Of a stretch of DNA of 64,000 bases, positions 13,701 to 27,432 are shown in pieces; within the stretch, counting starts at the first letter, position 1; each line of letters opens with the position of its first letter. The notes beneath the pieces were generated by a model. The model had not been told where the DNA came from and searched no databases. It was given only the letters and a program-made list of their open reading frames with translations. The stretch lies in NCBI GenBank assembly GCA_977020255.1, contig CDROCS010000681.1, positions 186,001 to 250,000 on the forward strand, read 5' to 3'. This DNA comes from Obrimoposthia wandeli. Its lineage: Eukaryota. Position numbers and translations under genes: made by a program.

Positions 13701-16700
13701 GTATATGTTTTTTTGTGAATCACTATTTATGTGTATTTTTTCTTCATTAACATATCTTCTTTCTGCATGATGTACTGGTACTGGTACTGAGTTTTTCTTC
13801 GTATTGTTTGAGACATGAGAACGGTTGTATTATCTTTTTAATGCATTAGCATATATATTCTGAACTTATGCAATCACGGTTCTATTTTTCTCAATTTTGC
13901 TATAAACCTTTACCAATGTCTCTATTTCTTCTTTTGGCATATGCAGTTTTAATAAAAACTGTTCATTCAGCTCATCTTTGCTAACGTTATTTTTCATCAT
14001 GGTTTCGACGAGTTTTCTAACTATAATACTGAACGCTGAGAAACGTTTGCCTGCTAATTGCTTCACCTTGCTTCAATATGGTCTGAAAAATATAAAGTAA
14101 TTTTTCATTACAATTAAAGCGTCAAAGATTATATGTAAAGAAGTAACATAACGAGAATAGGACATAAAATCAAATAACATAAATTCAAAGTTACCAACTT
14201 GAAGCACACATTTTATTCGTTCAACAGGAGCAACAATGACAGTAGAAAACAGTCCAGAAATCATTCCTGCTATGAAAACCTGCGATGTTCTAAGAAAACT
14301 GTTAAACTTACATAATACTCAAAATTTCTAACGTCAGAACCTGATTATCATTATTTATCTGCAACTTTCTGCCTATATTGTAACCGAAAAAGAAAGCAGC
14401 ATATATCGGTGTTGCTGCAAATAAAGGAGATGCCATTCCTTTGTAGAACCCATGCGTGCCTTCGCTTTTAAAAATTTTGAAAACACAATCCACGGTTCCT
14501 TTGTATGTAGCAATTTGACCAGGTTTAGGATTCTTCATTGTTTGTAAATGAACCTGTATAAATAGTATTTGGTAAATTGTGTACTATAACTACTTTGTAT
14601 CATTACTTATACAAGTTTGTTTACGTGTTGTAGCTACTTAGATGTGTAAATGTCTGGTTAAACTAAATGCATTTGAATTACAAGAAGCCATGATTATTCC
14701 TCATGGTTGATCATGAGCTCCAAATAAAAACGTAAATGAAAACAAAAATATACATGTTTTGTTCTTTTTACATTTTATTTTTATTAGAATATTACACAAC
14801 TTTCTATAAAATCTAATTATCTTAATCAACAATACCGGAATACATTATATTTAAATAAAACAGAAGACTGAGTTTCCAACGAGGTTTAGAGTCCACTAAA
14901 TTATTTAAAGTATTTTTTATGTTATTATATCTAGTTTATATTTTTAAGATGATGGTAGCTTATGATCATTTACAAGAACTCACTTTAGTAATCCTGACTA
15001 GATTTAACAAAAAATTTAAAATACAATGTTTTTTTAAATTAATCTCAAACAAATGTTTGAGATAAAGCTTGTATTTTTAAAAAACCTGATTTTTCCCGAA
15101 TTTACTCAACATTTTAAAATATTTTGTCAATGATGGTTCTTGTCAGGGGTAATAAAAGTTTTAGTGTAGCAACATACTAATCTACATTGTTTTAATGCTT
15201 TTATTAAATAATTGATAAATATTTGTTTCAATACAAACTTTAAGAGATTGTTTAAAGAAATAACTTCAGCATAAATATGTGATCATAAATATATTTTAAA
15301 ATAATTGTTATTTGATTGTAGCAACGTGTTAATTTGAGATATTTAGGTATAACTTTAGTCATTGGGAACGTATGCAACAAAGTTTCTATAAAAGAACAGT
15401 TTATACTCAGGCATACATGTTAATAAATCATGCATTCGTAATGTTTCTACCCATCCTTGTTTTATAGGCCATAAAGATGACCGGGATCGTTCTCATGGTG
15501 TGTGTGTTTGTACTCAAGCCCACCTAGGGCTACTCCGGATGATTGGTGCACCCAGAGACCAGTGGCAGAAACCCTGGAATCTCTTCAACTTCAAGGCTCT
15601 CAGAATATAATGATGTCATCAGAATTAATCTCGCTTTGAATTTCCATTTTTATGAATTAAAAGTAAAATTAGATTCTATTTGTAGTTTTCTTAAGCTAAT
15701 TAATTTATTAATTTGGTAAAAGACAATTCCTTTAATTTAATGAAATAATATTATAACCTAATTGATGTTCCTTAAGTAGTTAAAAATTTCTAAATTAAAT
15801 TACCAAAACAATCTATTTACAAAACAAGTTACTTATAAATCTAATAACAAGTAAATCTTTCAATATACATAATGTAAAGATCTTTATAAACATAAACAGT
15901 CATTATGTTTGTATGTATGTGTATATTAAACCAATTAAAGGTAATAATATTTTGATTATTTTAACCAATAAGAATGATCTAGTTGTAGTATATATACATA
16001 CTATGTTCTTTAGATTTCAAATGACTTCGTTACAAAAAATTTAAGAAACTAAAAAAGATTTTGGAGTACTTTGAGAAAATTTGGTTTGTTTTAACTTGCA
16101 GTATTAACAACCTAATCAAAATGAATATTGCCGATAGCAATATGAATAGTGCCACTGGCTCGTAAGTATATAATATTACTTTTTTTTAAATAATTTTAAA
16201 ACTAAATTGGATTATTGTACGTGAAAAAAAACAAGAAATCGTGATTATTTTATTAAAAGTATACTAAAAATACACTCTGTCACCAAAAATGTCATCTGTA
16301 TCCAAACATTTATGGAAAAATCGTGCCTTAGGTACATTTGAAACTGTTCAATTTCCCATTCAGGAAATTGGAGACCGTCATTGGTGTACAAATCACATTG
16401 TGAGATCAGAGAAATTGAGCTATATCTTTCAGTGTCGTGTACGGATTTTGATACAACTTCTCCAATAAAATTAATTCACCGACGTCTTCGAAAATTTTGC
16501 ATTTTGATACTTCTCTGGAGCCCCTGCTGATAATATTAGGTAGTTTATATCTCAAATGATTGCTTTGGCTGTGTACCCATTTATTTGTAGTTGTCGATAA
16601 AGAAGATTCGTGTCTTCTCCTCTTTCGTATGCTCAAGTCAAGGCATATTTGAGCTTAGAGGATATTCTAAATTATTTGTTAAAAGTTAGTAATCTGAAAA

Positions 16701-19700
16701 AAACGACATTCTCCTATGACGTTTTCTGAAAGACAACGTCTTTGCACTAACATCAGAATAACGGTCAATCCTATGATTTGTTTTTAATATAATATCATAT
16801 AAAATAACCTATCCAAATCTTCAAAAACATTTAATAGTTCTTAACTACCATCCTTTCATCGATACTGTGAACATTTTCTATGCATTTTAATCAAATGAGC
16901 AGCACTAATGACTTTTCACGGTACCATTAAATTTTATAGCACACACTATAGAAAACAATCGCAAACAATTGATTCCTGCCCTTTGGGTATGTGACTGTAT
17001 GCCTACTACAGCAAGTAATTATTCGGTTTTTATGGCATCATTCATTTATGATAGATGCTGTTTTCATTGGTAAGTTGTACTATGTATTATTATTAATTTC
17101 ATTCTTATACTACAAGACTGTATGTTGGTATTTTACAATGCCACAATTAATTTGGATTAGGTGTATGCACTTTAGATTTCAAATGACTCTGTTACAAAAA
17201 TTTAAGGAACTAAAATTGTTCTTGGAGTACTTTGAGAATTTTTTGTTTATTTTACCTTGCAATCTCGAAAAAAGACTAAACTTTAAATTTGTATCATGAT
17301 TGCGGTCCGATAATACAGGACAGTTTAGCTCGAGTTAGGTCATTACCACATCAAATTATATGAGGGTAATATCTTTTATTTGTGTGTTCTGAAAAACAAA
17401 TATAAAAAAGAACGGTAAAATATGCAGGTTGATAAATATGCAGTTTTTAAAAAATTGAAATAAATGAATAAATTTTTTAAAAATTAAATAAAGAAATAAC
17501 GTACATACATAAACAAAAAAACATGTGTAGAAAATGTACTCACAAAACAAAATGGGAACTTTAACAAAATAATTCCAGTAAGAAAAAAAAATGAGAAAAA
17601 AATTTGGAAAATCATTTTTGGGTTAAAAATGTTTGAAGTAAAAAATCTTGAAATTCGGTTTTTCCTGAGTAGATGTATAAAGAAACATCACAAAAAGGTT
17701 CAGCTCAATATCTCTACGCCATAAAATTTATGTTTCTCTTCAGTATATCTCATCAAAGTAAAGTGTCAGTTCAAGCTCGTCATCTCAAACCCTTCAACCT
17801 TTGAAACCCAACTGAGCTTGACCTGTTTTGGTTGTCCAGGGATTTCCAAGACAGACATTTCAGGGGCTTCCAACGTCTCTCTAGAGTTTATTGATGATTA
17901 ATGGTCACATAGATGGGGTCAAACATCTTCTAGATGTATCAGCAAAATATTGACGATAGGATACGTTTTTAACGTATCGATGGTGTTATGCAAAAACCTC
18001 GTAAGTAATAAATAAACAATTTTACAGTAAACACAAAACCGGAATATTTCTAAAAAAATGAATTAATCTTGAACTTTGAGTGAAGATATTTTTTCTGTAA
18101 CTTTAAGCTTTATCTTTAACTTTAAACTTTTATAATTATAAAATAAAAAACACTCACGTGGTTTTTGCATAACACCTTCGATATGTGTACCATCAAATGA
18201 TAGTCTAGTCTAATTCATATCCACACATTGCCCAAGCGGCTAGGTGATCGAATGATTGCACTACATCGAACACATTATGAGACGACAACCTTGACCTGAG
18301 TATAAATTGTTTGCAGCTGCAGATGATATCGACAAAATCATCATCCAATCAATTTCAGGTGATGCACATTGGGCTCAGTCACAATCTTATCTTAATATTC
18401 AAGGACCATAGTAAATATATTGTCCAGGTTATGAAGTCATGTTTGAACTCTTGCCAACTCATCAACCTTTTTTAATGTTCAGATTTCACAATCACGACAT
18501 GTTTTTCAATATCTCTGAACAAACATAGTCAACTATTCGCAAACGCTTTACCCATTCTATGACACGCTTGTTACCCGTCAGAAGCAAAACCATTAACCCA
18601 TTTACATGGTTGAGTTTACATATGAGCAAGTATGAGCTGCAGTTCAGGGGTATGAAGACTAGATGGACTCATTGACCCTCTAGTCTTATAGTCCTGATAA
18701 AAATAAAGGTCTAAGAACAGATGAGATTTGTTAAATTTCTTAATTAATGTGGTTTCTATGAACTAATTTGAAAACATTTCAAGTAAATAACACCTGTAGT
18801 TGGAGTGAATTCAATGAGCCTAGTTTAGATTTTGGTACACATTTTTCATACAGAGGAAAGTTGTGTAATTAGGCCCATAGGATAACTAGGCCCGTGATAT
18901 TATTATAAAAAGTATAGGCTTCGTGCATGTAATTATTATGAATATAGATTCATTTTATTCCCTTTGTTTATTCAGAGTAAATTTAATTATTGTCATTTCC
19001 ACAGTCTATGCGCCACGTTTAAAATTAAAAAGTGTGTATATATATCGTAAATAGTTCGTTCAACTAATATAAGACTGGATATAGTGTGCAGGGTATAGTT
19101 AGTGGAGTCATGAATAGTGAACTGAATTTGGGTCTATATGCTGCTCTGCTGCCTATTATTGTGACTTTTACTGTTAAATGAATAATTATGCAGGTTTTCA
19201 ATTTATTCTGATATTTTTATTAACTGGGTCTATTTCTCCACACGTTCATGCATTGTGAAACTTTTCATATTTAGCATAAAGAATTGTTATTATCCTACAT
19301 TATACTGTTTAAATATGTATCTGTAATACATTTTCAATGCCTTTTAAATCATAGATAATATACCAAAACGTTTGCACATTAGGATTTTTAAAAATAATCC
19401 CTCTAATATGGTCTAATTACCCCTTTCTTCCTACATATAAATTTTTTACTATTTTTTCATAATTTAAAGTACTTTACTCAAAGTACACCCACATTATATG
19501 AGCCAAGAAATCTCTTAAAGCCTAAACTTCGGTCCTGCTCATCAACAGAGTTTGAATCTGTTATAACCTTTTTAACCGCCTGTTCGTATGCTCTCGGTAC
19601 CTCATTAATCCCCCTACTGGATTTCAGCTAGGGTGTAAAAGCAAGAGTCGTCTTTATCGCGCAACGAGCTGTCATCTTCTACAATGTGTCTACTGATATC

Positions 19701-21557
19701 AACGACTCCAATTGTCAAAATACTAGCATTACAACCAATAACTCTTATTTGTGTATTACAAATCCTACATATCAACTGGGGCATGACGTTGAAAAAGGTC
19801 ATAAATCTCTCACACCATGTAAAATACGTTCTCTTCAACTGATTGGTATCCCTTCAGTCGATTTGAATCGTATTTCGCATAACTACTCACTGTATGCAGA
19901 CAATATGCTCTGGGAAAATGACCAACAAGATGTCCTTAGTATTATTAAAGTTGAATTATTGTTCTAAGGCTGGAAAGATATGGAATTATTTCTATGTTAA
20001 AATAATTCACCATTATCTTTCGGGCATAGTCTGAGAGCCTAACTATTACACTGGTTACACGACCGTTGACAATTATATCTTTCACGAAAAAAGCTTTTCC
20101 ACTCCTGCATATTGCTTATTATAATATTGGGTTCCTCATTCAGTTCTTAATAATATTGACGCTCAATAAAATAAAGTACAGAATATTATACAGTAAAATT
20201 TATCAATATATTAAAAAATATGAATACAACAAAACCGTAGTTCTACAAGGATAAACTAAGAGTATAAACTACACGAAGTCAGTACGTTTATTTCAATCGT
20301 GAGTGTCATTATTGCATATGTAATTGATTGTGATATCTCAATCCAGCAATACTAACTTTTCGTAATCATGTTTCACATTCACTACCAGTTTCGATATATC
20401 ATTAATATTTGACTAATTTTTTGTCATATTTTGGTCAAAGGTGTGTAATTTCTGCTATTTTGTTCAAATTATATACAGCGATGCTTTGTGATAAACCCTT
20501 TGTGATTACAGTATTTTTCTTGAACACATTTCTTTACAATATAGTTATCAAGCAAAATTGACAAGCCTTTCCAGTTCCCCTCAAATCAACCTCTATTCAC
20601 TTTTCTTAACAACTCGCATTGGTAAATGTCACGAGCAGCCTTTCCCTTCAAGCATGTATTCTCACATTTTCCTTAAAATTTCGATAAAGTTTAAAGTAGA
20701 TATAACACGAAATAGTTTTTAGAATAAAAGGATAAAGTATCCGCTGTTAAACTTAGGATTACTGAAACAAATATTTTAAAAAAATTTCTTATGAAACAAA
20801 TACGCAAAGTATAAAATAAAATGGTGCAAAGAGTTCGAGCTAAATTTTTCGAAAGTTAAAGATCAGTTTGAGGAACAGCCAAATTTATTTTTCACTAAAG
20901 CCTCAGAAAATCAAAAATTAGAAGAAAATGAAACTATAATATATAGCTTATTAGCAGACAAAGTGAATCCATAATTTATATTAAAAAAGGTTATATATTG
21001 GTGAATAAATTAGAAAATATGGCCAAACTGTAATTATTCTGATAAAAGGGTTATGGGAAAAATATCAAAAGTCGCAATCAGTTATAGATTTAATAATCCG
21101 TGTCCAAAAACTTCCAATTGGAAAGCTTTATTCATCCAAACTAAGACAAATTAACCAACATATGTTATAACAAATTTCTATTATATCAATAATATGAAAG
21201 AACATATTATAACTCATGAGATATCAATTGAATTTGCAAACAAGTGCACTACAATAGTTCATATATAACATTATCGTTGTAGACTCCTCAAATAAGAACT
21301 CAAAATTAATTCAACAAAATCGCACTCATTTGTAAACATAATCAAATTCTAAATTTCCATGAACCAGAAGCCATTCGATTTCACAAATAAAAATTGATTT
21401 GTCATTAAACAATTATGCATTAAATTGATTCTTAATTGAAATTTTACTAAACCCATACCTTTATAGTATCAAAGGGATGTCCCAAAATAACTGAACAGGC
21501 ACCTCCAACACCACCAGCTAAAAAGCTTTTTATACTAGCTGTTTCATTATCTGTCAT
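1720..21557 (-). CDS. SLC25A20: Mitochondrial carnitine/acylcarnitine carrier (SLC25A20/colt/dif-1 family), 8 exons, 298 aa
   Basis: Hand-assembled exons on minus: 21557-21459 ([27 protein letters not shown]), 14553-14333, 14289-14199 ([11 protein letters not shown]), 10098-9978, 8929-8857 ([15 protein letters not shown]), 7602-7490 ([12 protein letters not shown]), 6108-5984 (RAFPANS), 1773-1720 ([17 protein letters not shown]). All introns are GT-AG, phases are consistent, the total is 897 nt, and three carrier-signature repeats are present. Confidence 0.93.
2170..5500 (-). mobile_element. Disrupted non-LTR retrotransposon of the restriction-like-endonuclease type (R2/NeSL/R4-like) in the last intron of the carrier gene
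   Basis: ORF 3365-4405 has RT motifs ([28 protein letters not shown]). ORF 2286-2948 has a CCHC finger ([15 protein letters not shown]), RHD and RPDIT endonuclease motifs. A degenerate N-terminal C2H2 lies near 5150-5220. The coding region is broken by stops and frameshifts; element boundaries are approximate. Confidence 0.88.
8000..8790 (+). pseudogene. pogo-family DDE transposase remnant
   Basis: Broken frames read [34 protein letters not shown] and [23 protein letters not shown], matching pogo/DDE_1 motifs (VIPGGLT..LQPLD.SVNKPFK). Confidence 0.75.
10477..12320 (+). mobile_element. Old, decayed Polinton/Maverick fragment (packaging ATPase, cysteine protease, minor capsid) in carrier intron 3
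   Basis: 10477-10620 [25 protein letters not shown] (Walker A). 11040-11340 [22 protein letters not shown] (adenain-like H/D/C). About 11690-12320 [13 protein letters not shown].. and [36 protein letters not shown] (penton-like). Confidence 0.72.
12590..13860 (-). mobile_element. Ty3/gypsy LTR-retrotransposon remnant (gag zinc knuckles and RT N-terminus)
   Basis: ORF 12596-12868 has [27 protein letters not shown]. About 13500-13620 reads [13 protein letters not shown] and [14 protein letters not shown] (two degenerate CCHC knuckles). Confidence 0.85.
16011..17260. repeat. Diverged direct repeat of about 90 bp (16011-16100 and 17171-17260)
   Basis: TTAGATTTCAAATGACT..TTACAAAAA..TTGGAGTACTTTGAGAA occurs at both positions. 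Confidence 0.7.
16290..16640 (-). pseudogene. Tc1/IS630-like transposase N-terminal (HTH) remnant
   Basis: ORF 16406-16636 ends [19 protein letters not shown] and continues after a stop as ..[10 protein letters not shown]..; the pattern is typical of Tc1 HTH regions, but no catalytic core was found. Confidence 0.4.
17975..18183. mobile_element. MITE-like element with 32-bp inverted repeats
   Basis: 17975-18006 TATCGATGGTGTTATGCAAAAACCTCGTAAGT is the reverse complement of 18152-18183 with 3 mismatches; TA at both outer ends. Confidence 0.6.
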
Positions 21558-23079
21558 CTTAAAATAGTAAAAATATAATTAACTTAAAATAATATTTAAA
21601 ATATTGCTATTCCATTAACAGATTAACAAGTTAAATTCGTCCTAGTAAAACAATATGATTATCGACAATATCATTAACGAATTATTGAAATAAAATAAAT
21701 ATTTTTGACTACCAAAGTGATAGTATACAATTTATTTATCAGAGCTTGAGTTAATGGGATTTCAACAAAGAATATGACAAGCAGATGAAAACTGGCTTCG
21801 AACCTTCAATATTACATTCTAATGATCATTTTAGTTTTGGTTTGTATGTGCTTTTACAAAATGTATATCTTGTAATTTCATGTATGCATCTATTACAACC
21901 CAATCGATTGAATTACTATCTTTGATTTCCATCACCTCACCTCTATCAAGGCACAATGTGATTGGGAAAAAATTAAATTTTTTAGAAATAAATTTACAAC
22001 AAATTCTGAGGATATTTATATCATTAATAAAGACATTCAAGAAAATTATTTCGCATTTAATAATTTAATTTTATAAATATTTTTTAAATGTATATTTTCA
22101 AATTATTTTATTTTTATATTCTACTTTTTAAAATTAACTATTTTAGGACATGAATTCATTTTTATGTTATACATTTCTATGAAAGTACTGAAATGTAAGA
22201 AAATTATTAGAAATAAATGTTAATGTGCAATGTCGAATATAAAAGACTTTATATTTTACTTATATATATATATATAGATATATAAGTTTGATTCAAAAAT
22301 AAGGTTGAGTATTTCAGAAATGTTTAATTATGAAATATGCAACAACAAAAAGCTACTCGCGTACCTTGGTAAATCAAGTCATTTTCAGTAAATTTTTAAG
22401 CCATATCTCGAGTCGTGAATTTTTACTATCTTGGACTGGAATTTCATTGAATAATCAGTTGATGTACCCAGTCTAATTATTATCTTCACATACTCTGGTA
22501 GGAGAAAACCACCTTCCAATAAAACTCTACATATGAGTCTGGTTTTAAAATTCGTAGATGCTTATCTTCTCAGTGTATGTGTGTAAAATTCCATTTAAAC
22601 ATGTCTACAAAATTTCAAAAATAGACAGAGATACACAGATTTTTTAACGACACAGGCTTAACTACTTATCTGTCAAAATTAATTTGTATATATTTTAATT
22701 AAGGCTTATGATATACTAAAACTGAAATATCAGTTTATACATCAATTTAAAAGTAATTATCTACATTTAAATGTTTGGTTTAAAGAAAATATTAAATTAA
22801 AAAAAATAATGTTATTTATTTATACCTTTCATTCATGATTTGTTATAAAATGCATGGGAAGATGAAGCACCATCACTAGAAACCATTTACAAACATTTTA
22901 AAAGACAATAAACACGTTTCACATATACAGAAAGGGTTGATCGACCTTGAACATCCTTTACTGACGAAAAAGTAACAAATATTCAAAATGTAATAAAGAA
23001 ATTATAGAAGAAATAAATATTAATCATGGTACAATATATATTATATTTTAACGAAATAACTTAAATTACGATATAAATG

Positions 23080-23560
23080 TAATACATGGATTCCAAAGGA
23101 AATGACAGAGAACAAATGGAAACTGGTATTGAAGTTGGTAAACTTTAGTTGTCCAAAAAATCAGGAATGAACAAGAAAAAATTGGTTATTGCACAATATA
23201 AAACAACAAAACATAGGCAACACTGAACGAATCGTGCGAAAGAATTTACAAGACAGACACAATCTGATGAAAAAAATCAAATGTATCAAAACTGTGTATT
23301 TATAAAGTTTATTTTTGAATTATTACTACATATAGAAAGAATCAAAAGTCGTTTGATTATTGTTTTTAAATCTTCATGAAAAAATGGGTTATCGTCGTCT
23401 TGATAGGTTTTTCAACGATGAAATTGATGCATGATAATGCTTGACCTCATAAGTCAAAAGAAACAAATAACTTTTTACATAATTAATATGTTTGAACCAC
23501 CCCCATATAGTTCAGATTTTAATTTGTGCGAAAAGTGGCTATTTAATTTTTTTTTAAATC
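23080..23560 (+). pseudogene. mariner transposase pseudogene
   Basis: WIPKEMT (WVPHEL-like) at 23087, HDNA*PH at 23430, PPYSSDFNLCEKWLF (YSPDLAP-like) near 23500. Confidence 0.85.
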
Positions 23561-25700
23561 TAAGCACCGTCACAGAAATTTCGATAGTTATGACGACTAA
23601 AAAAACTTCTTTCATGACTCATACATGGCAATTTAAAACGATCGCTTTTTATGGTAGAAACAAACTTTTCGTGGATTTAAAATATTCACCTGCATAAATT
23701 TATTATGATTATTATAGCTGAAAGTTATATTGTATTTTCAATAAATTTTCTTTGTTTTATGATATTTTTCCAAACATTTTGACAGACCCAAGTATTTAAG
23801 AATAGTTTTGTATTGCTCAATGTTAATGTGGTCAAAGTCATAAACTATGAAACCTACCCAACGAAAGTCGGTTATTTAACTTAGTTTCGAGCATATTGAT
23901 ATGTTGTGAATAGGTTCTTGAACTATAGACCTAAGCAGACGGAAACTTCATCACATGCGATTAATTTCTAGATAGTAAGAAGATATGGTGATTGAACAAT
24001 ATGCATCTACCTAACACCAAGGTTAAGGGTTGGTGAGTGATCTACTATATGTAATTTTAATTTTGTTGGCCATCATATTAGATTTGTTTGTGGGTTTTGT
24101 ATCATCTTTAATATTAATGCGTCTGATCTAATCCACCCATTTTCGGTTGCTAATGAGTATTATAAAACTGTGTATGAGTGTTTAGTCTGAACATTTGTAT
24201 ATGATTGTATATGACAGATACATGGTCTCTGTTGTACACAAATTGGTGAAAAGGTCAAAGTGTTGAAGAAGGAATAATGTAACAATAGTGAAAGGGATAG
24301 GAAACATCTAGGGTGTGAAGGTGTAGAGTGTTTTGGATTATTACTGTCATTGGGGATGAGTAAGGATGAATATTATTCATGTGAATATGTCTTGAATGCT
24401 GGGGAAAGGTTCTGGGTTGTAAATTTCCTTTGAATTAAGTTCTGGCACATTCTTTTTTAGTTTTTATTTTCAGCCTTAGGATATCCAACTGTTACTGTGG
24501 TTCTCGGAAACGAAAAAGTTGCACAAATATTTTTTGAGGATTCAGTCTCCATTCTTATCAACTCTTTGTCACATTTTTAGTACTATGTCGTCACTTTGAA
24601 ACGTTGCGTTTTTCACCCTTTTTATCCTACATTGGCCACTTTTGGTAGGAATTTGAATTTTTCAGAATTTTGAATTTGTGGATTTAATGTTATATTTTAA
24701 AATATTTCTATATGTACAGGGAAGATAGTTAGTAAAAATAGTTAGATAGAATAGTTAATAGTCAGTAAGTTAAGATTAAATCACACATATATATATTGTT
24801 CCTATTAACCCTTGGTTACGACACGGTACACATATATTTTTGCCTTTTCTTTTTATTCTACGGTACAATTATTTTTATTTTTCATTTACTTCAAATTTAT
24901 AACATACAGTTTATAATTATCGTTACATATACAACAATTTATTATTTACATTTTCAACAGTCAAACTGTAGGCTTTTCATGTGGTTGGATATCGAGTTAA
25001 CTCGATTCTACCTTGGATTATTCCAGGTACATTATGGTTACGCAGACTTGATTGAATTTGTTGAAATTATACCATTATACTTCGACTCCAGTATATAATG
25101 TTACCGATTTTACAATGTTCTAGGAGTATTATAGTCATTAATATTGTGATACAAGGAGCTACCACTATTAAGAAAATTACTAGATATTGAATAAGGTGGA
25201 AAACATCGGAAAATTCATTGATTCTAACAAATTCATTGATTCTAACAAATTCATTTATATGGGATTATTTACATCAGCTATTATCTTTCTTTGTATAGCT
25301 TTATCGTCGGTGACTTGTTTTAGTAGTTTCAATAATGGGATATATATTTGCCAATTTTTAAAGGTATGTTAAATCATAAATACTCGCAATATAACGTAGA
25401 CTGGTACATCTATTCGTTTGCTTTAGGGAATTTTATGATTGCAGCTCGATGTGGAAGTCAATATCCACGCAAATAGCTTTTATTTAGTTCTCATGTTAAA
25501 TCTTTCTCTTATTTGTATCTTATCAGTGGCATATTTTATACCGTTTTTGTAACAGTTTGGTTGCCTCGGTTATATGATTTCTGTATGTTAGCTTATCGTT
25601 GAAGACTTTCTTGGTGAATTTCTTACATTCCACACACTAAATGTCTCAACAATTAAAATCACCACGTGATATGGTTCTATGTTTGATATGCTTATCTTAA

Positions 25701-27161
25701 CCCTTTCGTTACCAATGTTTCCTATTGGATACACAGAGTTTATGTATAATAAAGCGTATGATACAATTTATCTAATACATTATTTTAAATCATAATAATA
25801 AGAAATATATACTTTATATATAACTTTATTTGAATAAATTATTTTGTCATTATATTTATATACTGGTACGTTGAAAAATAGTTATTTTTTTATAATATTT
25901 CTTTTTTATTAAATGAATATATAACATATTTAATTATTCATTATTAATCAAAAAATCATAATATTATGAAGCATTTACATCCTAGTTTTTAATAATTTAA
26001 AAATTTAGCATTAAAAAGTATTATAATGTTGTATAATGTACATTTAAAGCATGTATCCTATTGGATACACTGGTACTCAAAGGGTATGTAATTATATAAT
26101 TATTATATAATATATATTACATCTTTTAAATGCCTATGGATTTTAATATGGAGACAAAGTGAAATAGATATGATCGGCATGTACAAACTATAATTGTATT
26201 ACCGGACCCTGATATATCTGATTTAGGGCAAGATTATGATATGTTATCGTAAAATGAAGAGTATGACAACGAATTAGTGTCTGAAAAAGAGTTGTAAAAG
26301 AAAGGGAGAGGATCGATGGATTATAAATCAGATATAAAGTCTGGTATTTGCGTTTTGCGATAGTTAGACAGTAAATGTGTTCAATTGGCGTCAACCCATC
26401 TTGGAGTAGATCATGTGTCAAAGATTAAAAGATATGATCGTTCAAAAAAAATGATTGAAGTAAATTGTCCTGAAATTATAAAATAATATAATAAACATAT
26501 GGGCAGTTGATCTTTATGACATACTCATGAGTCTTTATAGAGTATATCATAAATCAATGAAATGGTACAGACCAGTATTTCTATGGTGCCTTAATTTGAG
26601 TGTTGTATATTCATGGTTAAAATATAAACATGATTGCGATGAATTAAAAATCAATGTAAGGGATAGAATGGATTTGTTAAATTTTATGATAAATCTTAGT
26701 GGAGCTCTTATATCAAAAAATAAGCCTCTGGACAAGCGAAAATTTATTATTCAGGGAAGCATTGACGATACAAGGCCAAGTAAAAAACAATGTTCAACTA
26801 CAAGTAATAGTACAGATCATAATAAAACTGATCAATTGGTCATTTTCTGTCCATGACTGAACATAAATACCGTAAGAGATGTAAACAATTTCTAATCCTA
26901 ACCCAAACGAATTGTCTTAAATGTGATCTTCATTTGTGTATTCGTCCTAAACGAAATTGTTTTCTGGAGTATCATGTATAAATTAATTCACGTATACCCA
27001 TTGAGTACCAGTGTATCCAATAGAATAAATGCTAGATAAGGGTGTTCTTAATATATTTTTGAAATCTTTTTATTCTTTTGTTATTTATTTAGTTTTAAAT
27101 AAAATATTTAAGTGAATATTTAAAATAATTTTTATTTTTTATATAACTGGTAACGAATAGG
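25701..27161 (+). mobile_element. Internally deleted piggyBac element with TTAA target duplication
   Basis: TTAA at 25697-25700 and 27162-27165. Ends CCCTTTCGTTACCA / TGGTAACGAATAGG. Subterminal inverted repeat CTATTGGATACACTGGTACTCAAAGGGTAT near 26058 and 26995. Transposase C-terminus YNKHMG-VDL, KWYRPVFLWCLNLSVVYSW and a Cys-rich tail. Confidence 0.88.
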
Positions 27162-27221
27162 TTAAAGTTCCTTATTTTCAAAATACATATGTACTCGGGT
27201 TTGGCTTGTAAATTTATAAAA

Positions 27222-27432
27222 TTCGTGTGGTAACAGGATTATTGGCTTTACCGTAATTTTAACTTCCCTAACGTCTTACAAACTATTGAAAATTGCTGAT
27301 TAAGGGAATATGGTTGGTTCCGTATTGGTTCGTGTGATAACAGGATTATTGGCTTTACCGTAATTTTAACTTCCCTAACGTCTTACAAACTATTGAAAAT
27401 TGCTGATTAAGGGAATATGGTTGGTTCCGTAT
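27222..27432. repeat. Near-perfect tandem duplication of about 104 bp (period 107)
   Basis: TTCGTGTG.TAACAGGATT...GGTTCCGTAT at 27222 and 27329. Confidence 0.9.

Noticed and set aside
15465-15600. GC-richer patch as a tRNA or SINE
   Set aside because: No convincing A/B boxes or cloverleaf
19480-20060. ORFs 19614-19838 and 19686-19967 as genes
   Set aside because: Probably decayed TE coding DNA; no diagnostic motif in any frame
21831-22040. RNase H-like fragment (IHFVKAHT)
   Set aside because: A single weak motif; the other catalytic residues were not found
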